A stretch of 64,000 bases of DNA from a virus: positions 7,228-71,227 of IMG/VR virus record IMGVR_UViG_3300044974_000721; one strand, written 5' to 3'. Position numbers and translations under genes: made by a program. Position 1 is the stretch's first letter. Each line of letters begins with the position of its first letter. Below the pieces are notes generated by a model. It was not told where the DNA came from. It ran no database searches and worked only from the letters and a program-made list of their open reading frames with translations. This document shows, piece after piece, positions 49,901 through 61,900 of this stretch.

Positions 49901-52900
49901 ATAAATACGACCCTTCAAAGAAAAATGAAATATATAATTACATCCTTCATTCTAAATTTTTTGTAGAAGAAGAAGGTTATTCGGACCGATATTTTGTTTC
50001 TACAGGTAATCTTGAAACTGTAGTCCAAACCTCAAGAGGCGCTCGTAAACAACTTAACTATGCTATTTATGGCAAAGACCCCCAAATAGCTAAGGATCTA
50101 AGAACTGTAGCTAAATTTGTAGCTACGGCTAATACTTCCGATGATCTTAGTACTCTTACTAATCAACTTACATCTAAAAAAGTTTCTATCGGCGGTTTTG
50201 GTAGTAACTCAGACCAACAAATTATTAATCTTATACGCGAATCTAAAGGACAGATCTACGGCGTTATGCCTTACGCTTCAGATGTAGAAATAGCTAATGC
50301 CTTTGTTCAGGCACAAAAAGAAGGTAATGATGTAACTGTATTTATTCAAAATCCTTTAGGTGTAAAAGCAGGCGGTAGTCAAGTAGCTAGTTCTAACTTT
50401 GCTAGAATCCTATTTGAAGGCGGAGTTACTATCCAAATACTTCCAGAAGATTCTACTTACCTTCCCCACGCTAAAGTTATTGCTTCTAAAGATACTGTTC
50501 ATCTAGGTAGTCATAACTTTTCCTCTAACTCTGCTCGTCACGTTATTGAAGCTAGTCTACAGTTTCGTTCTTCTAATATTGGCACCCCGGTTATACAAGC
50601 TATAAAACGAGATATATACACTACAGGCGCTATTGCTTTAAATACAAAAAACTATAAGGAAGTAGTAGACAAAGCTTTATCTTCTAAAGATTACTTTACA
50701 CTACGCTTGTATAAAGCTTTATACGGTACTAGCAACTTAAAGGAAAATCAAACAAGAATATCTAATAAAAATGATTTAGTAGAGTTTCTTACCCCGGATT
50801 TACTATCTATAAGTGGGATTATAGATAGTAACTTAAATTCAGGCGCTGTCTTTCTTCCCACTTCTATCCCAACTGATTATTACTCTAGACACGGTTTTAG
50901 TGCTAAACCTAATATCTATCAACATATTCGCTACGGTCTTGATAAACAATCTTCTATTGAACGATTCTCTGCCTTCTACGCTGATTTTGCTCTTCAACAT
51001 CCTTTGACTAAAGGCCTCGGCTCTTATATTAATTCTGTATTTCCTAACCTCTATAAACCTAATGATGGTTTATTTACTACTGTTACTAAAGGGTTAGGTC
51101 GCTTTTTAGATACTATAACTGGACACTACACTAACATGTATTATAAGGACTTAAGACAAGGCCTTATATATGGGACAATAAAAGATTACCATAAGTCAGC
51201 TTATCGTAATGATAACAGAAGAGGCTTCTTTGAAAATACTTTGTCTACTGTTAGCTCCGCTATGTCTACTACAGTTTACTCTTTAGCTTTTTACTTCGGC
51301 GTAACACATAGTATGTCTATTGCTAGAGCTAAATTTGAAGATATAGGCACTGATTATATATCTCAATTAAACTTTGACTCCACCCCAGACTATATAAAAA
51401 AAATATACTTTGACTCTAGCTCTATAAAACGCTTTTCTCTTGTTAAAGATATAACAGATACCTTAAAAACAACATCCTCTACACAACTAGGTAAGGTTCT
51501 AGATCAGTATTATGATTACATTATTTCAGAAGCCTATTCCTCTACACCCACTACATCCTCTACAACTACTTCCGCTATAAAATCTATAGACTCTGATATA
51601 AAAACTCAGTTTGATACTTTAAGAACTAGCACTGACGGTCATAATCTTATTATAGAGCATGATATAGATTCTGTAAAAGAGGCTATAACTAATAAAAAAA
51701 TAGACGTTAATGATTCTTCCTCTATAGCTAAGTTTAAAAAAGAAACTTTTGGTGTTGATGATACTAATATTACCTTCCGTACAGTTGAAGGTAGACCGGC
51801 ACTCTTTAATACTGTTAGCTACTTGAGAAACATTGATAACAGTCATTTTAATAATATCATTGAACCTATTATCAGAGATATAGCTATATACGACTCAGCT
51901 GATGCAGCTAGTTTTGAGAATACATTATTAGCCCTTAAACGTAGTATCTCTGGACCTATAACACTTAGTTTTAAAGAAGGAAGCGATTATAAAGACCTTT
52001 TAGATGTTGAAAACTTTGGTTATAAACGGTTAGAGAATATAGCTACTCAGTTAGATAAATTAGCTAGTTTTATCCCCGCTAATCCTTTACTTTATTACAA
52101 ACCTTATCGGCAAGCTCGTGGGGTTACTACTCTCTCTCAGTATAATATAAGCCCCTCCGGCGCTATTTTTAAAGATAGTATATCCCTAAAAAGCCTTATT
52201 GGCCCAGGCTTCTCCGGTCTTACTTCTTTTAGTACCCAAGTACTCCAACATATTAAAACTGTTAAGTTAGATAAATTTGTATCAGAGAGCTTTAACTCCT
52301 TTGTCCTACAAAATAAACTTATTAAAACTGAACTTAAAATAGCTAAGGAAGTAGATAACCTACTAAAACTAAACACAGTGCCTGTAGATTTACTACAAGA
52401 CTTAACTGATTTTAACAACAGTACTCTTACAAGTAAATCTCTAAAAGAGCTATCAGATAACCTTAAAGATAATGTAGGAGAAGCTCTAAAAGACATAATA
52501 AATGATTCTAAACTATCTACGCTAATCCTTCAATATACACAAGATTATGACGCTTTTATATCTAATACTAAATTTTATGGGAATGATTCTATAGAAAAAA
52601 TTAAAGACAACAGTAATATAGGTTTGAATAGAACTTTACGTTCTATACTTTTTTCTGCGGGTCCTATTCTTATTCTTGACCGTTTGCTAGACCCTCACTT
52701 AATGCAAAACAACGGCGACTTAATATCTCAAATCTTTGCTGACTTTAATCTTACTAGAACTAAAGATGATAAACGTGTTAGTCAAATAGAATTTACTGGT
52801 GGCATACCTTTCTACATTAAGTACCCCGCTATACTTTCAGGTTTTGTTACTGGGGGCTTTGCTTTACCTGCTAGACAATCAACACATAGTGTTATCTCTC

Positions 52901-55900
52901 TTCTAAACACTACTTTACAGTCTCGTTACGCTAATGTAAACTTATCAGGCTTGACAGGTGCCGCAGATAGTTCTTTACTGAATGAAGCACACGAGTATTT
53001 AAAAACTCTATCCTCTTCTAGCTCTGCTGCTATTGACCTTGACTCTCCCGTGTCTAAATACTTATTTGGAGGGGGCGGTCAAAGACTTAAATTAAAATTC
53101 GGATATATGGGAGCTTTTGTAGGAGGCTCAGCGGCTCTTATTGCAACACAAACCTTATTTAATTTAACGGCTTTAACTCTTAACTTTATTAAATGGGCTG
53201 ATAAAGGTGAGGGTCAAAAACCTAGTTCAGAAGAAATGGCAGCCGGCCTAAAAGTTATGAGCATTATTAAAAGGTCTTTAACTGCACAAAAAACCTCAAA
53301 AAAAGCTACTGTTGATGAAATAGCTTCTAGAGAAGTCTTACGGTTAGGAGCCCTTAATTTAACTTATGGGCGGGATAAACGTTCCTCTTACGTCTATACT
53401 TTCTCTAGTCAAATCCCAACACCTTTATTCCAAGCTACTCTAGTTAGTAAACTTGACAAACAAGGTAATGCTCTTACCTATGGTTTAGGGTTTCAATTTT
53501 TTCCTATTCTAGGCTCTGGTTCTATCCCTACTGCTCCTTTTAGCATTAGCCTTAGACCTTTACGTAATACTATTGCTGATAAACGCTTATCTTATATCAA
53601 TTATTTGTCTGGAACTACTTCTAATGAATACGAAAAGGTTAATGAATATAAAAGACAACTTAACCATAGCTTGGGTGTATCCCTATTATCATTGCCCGGA
53701 CAGTTTATATCAGTCGATAAAGATACTACACTTTCTGCTGCTATTAACTTCTTGGGGGCTACTTCTTATCTCTCTAGCCTTGCTTCTAAAATACCTAAGT
53801 CTGTAAGTCCTTCTGATAAAGCTTTTAGATATACTACTGCTTTTGCTTTTGATACAGCGCGTAACATAGTTGGCTATAGTCAAGCATTAACTATAGCTCT
53901 TCCTAATGCTTTCTTTAAGGTAGGTACTTCTTTACTAGGTAATCCTAATATTAAACCGTTAGGCCCTGCATCTCGTAAATTGGCTCCTTTTATTCTTTCT
54001 TATATGTATGCTTCTGGTATTACTGCACCAGAAGGTTCTTTCTCTCATATAGGATCTCATATAGCCAACCCTGTAGATGCTGAATGGTATCGATTTATTA
54101 CAGCTGTAGCACCAACAACACTAATTTACGGGGTTGGGTTACACCAGGCTAAGGTCTTTAGCAAAGCGCAAGATATGGCTCCTCTTGATACTAGTACAGA
54201 TTTCATATCTAATAAACAAAGAGCAATAAAAAACATTTACGATGCAGCAGTTAAGTCTATAGACCCTAAGTTAGTTGCTAACTATGAGCTTCCTTTAATA
54301 AGAACTGCTAACTTAAGGTTAAATATAGCCGCGCGCCGTATTTTCTCTATAACCTCTCTTCTTGTCGCCGGTGGCCTTATTAGCAACGTTAGTAACCTAA
54401 AAATCGGATTCCTTGATATTATTTCTGATTCTCAATCTAAACAGCTTTCTGAAGTAGAACGCGTTCTTCAAGGGGATAACTCTAATCTTGTCCGTTACCG
54501 CCCTTCTAATGTTTTTGATGCCGCTATCTCTTATGCTGACTTCCTTGCCCGCTCTGTTACTGGTATCTTTGGTGTTCAAAATCTATTCTATAGAGACGAC
54601 CCTAATGCTTTTTTATCTCTTGGCGGCCCTTTTGGTATCAGCGAAACTCAACCTAATAAACATAGAGATTATGTCCAAAACCAAGCCTCATCAGCTGATA
54701 TTAGTGGCTCTAAAGTAACTCTGGCAGCCCAATTAGCTAGCGCTGATTTCTCTATGCAGCTTAAAGCTATGCTAGACTTATCTGGCTCTAAAGACAAAAC
54801 CTCTTCTCAAGTCTTTACCCGCCTTTTTGCTTACCCCAGAAAAGATTTTGCTAAAATAAGCCGCTACATATCCCAAAGTGAATACTCTTTAATTAGAAAC
54901 CGTAGCGGGGCTTTTCAACTAGCTATCGCTACCCGCGAGTACCAATTACAACACCTTAAACACCAAAGACCTATTGAACTAGCTTATACCTTACTTAAAG
55001 AACTTTACGCCGCCGGTAGAATTAATTCCCCTAAAACCCGTATTCCTGTTACATACACCCCTCTGGACTCTCTTCCAGATATGTTTGCAACTGTATACTC
55101 TACCCCTTCAGATTCCTCTCTCGATCTTTCTACCCGTATTACTCGACTTTTAAAAGGCTTTACTTCTAAATCTTCTACCTTTGTAGCACTAGAAGATATA
55201 GCTATGCAACAATATAAGGAAATGAGTAGCCAAATACCCTTTATTGGCTACTTTATTGATAACTTTAAAGATATCGCTAGCTCTATTTCTGGTAATACTA
55301 CAGCCTCTAGCGGCTTTGCTTTAGCTCTCCAAGCAGTTCCTTTAGCTACTTTTGCTCTTGGTGGTGTTTTCTCTGTTGGTTCACAACTTCTTACCTCTTT
55401 ATATGCTGTTCAAACAGGTAACATACTTAAGTCTTCAAGAAATGAATTAGAAACAGTTAGGTCTAATTTAGAACGTATTAAAAAAGCACCGTTTGGGTAT
55501 GACCCTACTACTAAAAAGTTGAAATTTAACAACACCCCTATAAATGAGGCTATTATTGATGTAACTAATCCTACTCTTTTGTCGTCTAATATACAAACTG
55601 CTCATACTAGTTTGTTTGACACAAACTTTATTGATAATGAAATAACTTCAGATATACAAGAAATTTCAACTCTAAAAAATTCACTAAGAACTGCTACCGA
55701 CTCGTCTCATATTGCCTCTATTAAGAGTGATATAGAAACAAAAACACTCAGCTTAAAAGATAAATTGACAAAAAAACTAGAATATTTTCTAGATACTGAT
55801 ATTAATATTGGCCCCTCTAAATCCTTAAAAGTATCCGAGGTTTTGCAAATAACTTCGGAGGTTAAAGATAATCTATTGAGTAAAGCTAACAATATACTCA

Positions 55901-58900
55901 CTGAATTAACCTCTATTATAGAAAGTACTCAATTAGAAGAAGTATTAGACCCTCGTATAAAACGGGCTTTGGGTCAAGCTTTGATAGAGTTACATAAAGA
56001 TATATACAGTCAAGCACATTTACCACCTACAACTAAACCAAATGTGCAAACTAGTAGCTTGTCTTCAACTGTAGCCCGCGCTGATAAAACTGCTTCTATC
56101 CCTGTCAAAAATCTTAACTCTATTATTCAACAACGCGGTATTACTGGCCTTGTTTTACAATCCTCTCAAGGCGCTTTTAGTCTAGCTTCTAAATTCCAAG
56201 ATTTACATGGCCCTTATGAAGTCCTCTCTGGCTTAACTTTAACTATCTCCTCTACTAACCGTCTTCAAAAATATCAGGGTGCTTACGCTGCTTCTTCTGG
56301 CTTAATAACTACAGCCGCCGCTTTTGCGGCTATGTTGGCTATTAACAGCTTGGGTGTTAGCGCCCTTCCTCTTATGATTGCTATGGGCCTTGGTGTTTGG
56401 GGCTTTACTTCTTGGGATTCTACTTTTAATAATAAACGCTTTACTAGGTCAGCTTTATCTACTATGCTTGCTATAGATAAAGCAGTATTTGACCCTGTTC
56501 GCTACGGCACGGCTAACCTTTTATATAATCTCCCTACTATACCTATTTTAGGCCCCCTTTCTCACGCCCCCTTCTCTCTGTTTGACTCTTTTCTTAATAA
56601 CATTTACTCCTCTTCTTTTGTATCAGAAAACCCTAACGTTCAAATGGGTTTATCTTTCATTTTGCCTGAAACACCTCAAAGGTATGACCTCTTTAGAATG
56701 AGTAAAGTCCCTAACTCTTATACCTTTGCAGGCCCTAGACAAGAAATCCTCTCTTACGATGAATACCTTAAAACTATTGCTAGTAACTATCAACAAAATG
56801 TACAACGCGCAGCTTCATACAAACCTAATATAGACCCTCTTGTTCATCCTTACCTTCAAGGATCCGTTTATACAGGTAATCCATTTGTAGATGAACCCTA
56901 CCTCTCCCCCTCTCGGGGAGGAGGCCGCTCTCGCCTTTTATCTAAATTTGCTAACCCCCCAGCTATCTCTAATATCCTTCGTATTGCTATTGGACTTCGA
57001 TCTTCTCAGTCAGACTTTGACACTTATGGCGCTTCTATTTACCGCTCTTATAATAAACCTAAAAACCCTCTTATAGGTTTTGGTCAGTTCGCCTTTCTTA
57101 ACGCAGCGCGCGCTGGGTTTTTTCTTAATAACAATATCTTTAGCTTCTCTACCAAAACTATTTCTAAAGCTTCTAGCCTTTCTTCTCAATATCTCTTTGG
57201 CCCTGTTACTTCTTTTATAGCTGATATCTATAAAAAACTTTACATTCAACAAGGATTAACTTGGGTTACTAACCAATTGTCTCCTTTTGTAAAAGGATCT
57301 TTATTTACTAGTTTAATTCTTGGCGGTCTCGAATACTACCAACCTAATATGAATCCTTTAAGTCAATTAGGTATTAGTATACTTGGCGGCTCCGCACTAA
57401 CAATTGGTTTGCATCAATTAACTAAATATCTTCGGAACAACGCTTTAAATCCCTCAGTTATTTCTTCTTCTAACACCTTTGGAAGTTTCATAAAAACGGT
57501 AAAAAACCCCTACTTACAAGGAGTAGGTTTACTCCTTGGGGTCTCTATGCTTGGAGGTAGCTCGTTTATAAACGATAATGATAAAAATAGTAAACCTATT
57601 AAACCTTTTCTTCAAGTTGCTGGCAGTATTTTAACTGCTTCTGCAGGTGTACCTTTAATACTATCCTCTGTAAAAAACTTTAAATTACCTAGTTTTTTTG
57701 GCCCCTCTATCGCTAAACATACACCTTTAGCTTTATTAGGTTTAAGTGTTGGTTATTTTACTTATAATAGCCTTAACTCTAATACCACTAAGGATAAAAC
57801 AGTTCCCTTACTCGGCGGAGTAGGTTCTGGTATTATATCTTATGTCGGAGGTTACTATACCCTTAAAGCTCTGCAGAAAAATATTTCTTCTGTAGGAAAA
57901 GCAGGCCTATTTTTACTTAGCTCCTCTTTAGTAACCGGGTTAATACGTTTTCCTGTTAAGAGCATTCTACCTCAATTAAACGAAACAGAACAAATTTTAA
58001 CTTCCTTTGCTATAGGCTCTGCTCTTACTTTTGCTGCATCTCGCACTTTACCTCGCTTAACAAACCTTATTTCTAAAACAGCAACTACTAGTTCTCTTAC
58101 TTCTTCTTTTTCTAGTACTACTACTAGGACTAACAGATGGTTTAATAATATAAAAAACATAAAAGGTAAAGTTTCAGGGTACTTAGCTAGAGGCTTTAAT
58201 TTTGCCGGTAACTTAGTTAAGTTTATGGGCAACCCCGCTACTCTTACTTTAATAGACTACCAAATCCTTTCTAGTAATGTAGACCGGCTTAACCAGCTAG
58301 ATAAATATAAAAAAGATAGACTAAATTATAGAGCTGATTACGCTAACGCTGTTAGTGCCGCTTCCAGCTCTTTAGCCTTTAGCATTTTAGGTGGCGGCAT
58401 CTCTAAAGGTAAAATTGGCGGCGGTAATATAAAATCTATGGCCATTGCTTGGCTTTTATCTTCGGTTATTGGTTATGTCACTGGACAATATGTAGGTACT
58501 ACCGCAGGGGATGCCGCTTACTACGAATCTAAAAACTTACCCGATAAAAACCAAACCAATTTTGTTTATAACATTTCTAAAAGTTTAGCTCCTCTCTTTA
58601 ATTTTATCCCTAAAGCTAACGCTGATAGTAATAATAATACCCCTACTACTTATACTAAAGATACTGTTTTAGGACTACTTAACGTAGCTTTCATAGCTAG
58701 TACTGCTTTAAATTTATTTGCAGGTATTCGCTATTGGAAGGCCACTGCAATTTCTACACCCGGTAGCTCTTTTTCTAGCTCTACCCCCGGCCCTGTCCCC
58801 GGTGACGACGGAGATATCCCAGGTAGCTCTACTCCTCCTACGAGCCCCGGTGACGCCGCTGATAGCTCCCGTAGACGCTACCACCGCCGCCGCTACGGCC

Positions 58901-61900
58901 CCCGTAGCGCCTCTAGTAGCAGCGGTGCTAGCTTCTTTAAAAGAGCCAGTAGTCGCCCTAGTAGCAGCGGTGGCTCCGGCCCTGTCCCCGGTGATGACGC
59001 TGATAGCTCCCGTAGACGCTACCGCCGCCGCCGCTACGGCCCCCGTAGCGCCTCTAGTAGCAGCGGTGCTAGCTTCTTTAAAAGAGCCAGTAGTCGCCCT
59101 AGTAGCGGCGGTGGATCTTTCCCTGGGTTCGACGTTGGCGTTGCCCCCAAGGTCGAAGACCTTGAGTCTTTTACTTCCTCTACTCCTAATAGTAAATTAA
59201 AGATTAAATATTTAGAAACAGATAGACTTAAAGGTACAACTATTGCGTCTCAAACTGTTAATTCTGCCGATGAAGTTTATAATAAACTAACTACTAAATA
59301 CAGTTCTAGTTTGGATGGCAAACAATATGACAAGCTATCTGATATAGTTAAAGAAAAACTGACCCCTAGTGTTATTCATGGGGGTAATGAATTTGTTACT
59401 ATGGGGTATGTAGATACAACTGGTAATTACAGCGCGCTTTCTGTCTCATATCAAGATACTAAGAGTGGCAGAATTGTAACCAAAATCTTTTACGCTGAAG
59501 GTACAGATAAATCCGTTATGGATTCTCTTATAAAAGAAAGCGGCGTAGATACTAAAAAAGACTGGCGGTCTTTTACTCACACATCCCCAGATTTTAAAAC
59601 CGTTGATTTTACCCCCTCTTCCCCTCTTCAACCTTCTAGTGCACAACCTCCTACCCGTAGTATCCTAGTATTAGAAGAAGGTAAAGGTATACAAGAACTT
59701 AATAATAAGGCTTTCCAACATAGTAGTAACCTAAAACTTGGTTATGTTCATTGGATTCATAACCTATCTACAAATAATATAAACTTGGATATAGAAAAAA
59801 AATCCGCCGGGGCTGTTTTTTCCCCTTTAAAAGGGTTTGGTCAACAGCTTAGCTTACTTATACATCAAACTCTTCATCTAGATAGCTTTTACAAACCTTT
59901 TAGTATACCTAACACACCTAACCCGGAACCACACCCCAAAAAATCGGGGGCGCCAGCTACAGCCAGTAAAACACCTATACCGGAACCACCTCCACCCCCA
60001 AAACGGGCGCCAGCTACAACCAGTAAAACACTTATACCGGAACCACCTCCACAAGAAGTAAAAACCATACAAAGTGCTAGCAAACTGCAGCCCGGCGCTT
60101 CTATTAACATAGATAACCTTCGTATCGATGAGTTTAGTACTGGACTACAACTTGTCCCTGGTAAAGGGTTTGTAGGGGGAAAAGAAACAGAGTTTGTATC
60201 AGACGGTTTTACAGGGAAATATGAAAAGTCAACTTTAACACCGGAAGATCATTCAAAATTACTAGGACAAGGTAGTAAATTTGATACCTCAATTTTAAGA
60301 GTTGACTCAGAGATGGGCGCAGTAAACATCAGATCTCCAGACAAAGTTAGCCCTATACTTACAGGCACAGTTGTAGAAATAGATGGAGAACAAAGAGCTT
60401 TTCTATCTGTTACTTCTGCCTTTAAAGACAACAAAAATAGATCAGGCCCTGGGGCTAGAATATTTACTGCAAAAGGTGGTAATGAGTCTTTATTAGCTTT
60501 AGTAAACTATTGGGAAGAACATGGAAATCCATCTTTTGAAATGGACCCTAATAGAGCACCACAACCTGTTTTTTACAATACTACTGTATCTTTAGATTTA
60601 GTCTCGTACTCTTCAGACACTAATACTAATCTTTTAAACCCTGGTACTCTTACAGTAAAACAAGCCGCGAGCCATAGTTATTTACTAGCAGAGAGCAAGG
60701 GTAATTTAGCTTCTTTTGAATATAACGCTATCCCTTTAAGTTTATCAAGAATAGCCAAAGCTCAAATTATACAACCAATAAACGAGAAATCCTATGAGAT
60801 TATAAGTAAGGACCAAAAAAAAGTAAAACCTATACATCATTACAAAAACTTTACTCAAATTAAGACTAGCTTAAATGCTATTTTAAACAGACCAATTCCT
60901 AAAGAGCAAGACATTACATTTTTCAAGTCTGAAATCGCTAAGAATCCAAACTTAAAACAAGACATCTTACCACTACTTGAAGGTCAGGGACTAGATCAAA
61001 TTCGTAAGGAGTTTAAGAAAACTACTCTTAAAAGCCAAATTGCTTTTAGTACAAGGCAGATTAATTTACTATCTTTCTTTAACGAGATTACTTCAGATAC
61101 TGAATTTAAGGATTCTTTTTCTGACTACGTTACAAAAGCTAACCAGAATGCTAGAGGTTTATCTAAAGAAGCTAAAGACAACGCGCGCGCTATGAAAACG
61201 TGGCAAGATACCTACAATAAATTTAGCGGCGGCGGCGGTCCTAGTAGTAGTACATTTACAGGCGAGTTTAGTGCTGAACAAGATCCTACGTTGTCTTGGC
61301 TAGATAACTACGATGATAGTAGGTCTATACACGCAACGCTAATACCTTTTGATTTTCAGTATTTTAATAAACAATTTAGGTCGCTATTAAGTTTTGGAAA
61401 ACAAAAGATAGCTCCTGGCATTATTTCAGTCTCTTCTTCTGCTTACTCTTTCTTCTCTGACCTATCTAAATCTTCTTTTAGCTCAATCCGTGCTGCCTCT
61501 AATAAAGTCTCTTCTATCTTTAAACCAAGTCCTCGTCTTTCTGTTTCTTACACTGCACCTCGTCCTTCTCCAACTTATAGACCCAAACCTTTTGGTGTTC
61601 TTCGCTCTCGCTCTCATAACTTATTTAGACGATTCTATAGACCTACTCCTTCCGTCCCTAAAGCTCCTCCTACTCCTAACTCTAATATTAGTATTCAAAA
61701 AGGTGGTGTATTAACTGGGCTAAGTATTTTTGCTCTTAGTACCCTTCTTATAAACGACAAAGACCAAAACTCTCAAGCTCTTAGAACAACCCTTCAAATA
61801 GGTGGCGGCATGTTAGCTGTTACTTCTCTTTTAGCTCCGCTTTTGCAAAATAAGTATGTGCAACGGTCTTTAGACTCTGTAGGCTATCTTTTCTTTGTTC

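Noticed and set aside
58718-59200. 160-aa Ala/Val/Pro-rich overlapping ORF
   Set aside because: It is an alternative frame of the GC-rich repeat, which depletes stop codons. The +1 frame giant ORF explains the region.
59570-59770. JAB/metalloprotease motif (THTSP, YVHWIH)
   Set aside because: The His spacing does not match HxH...S..D or HExxH; evidence is insufficient.
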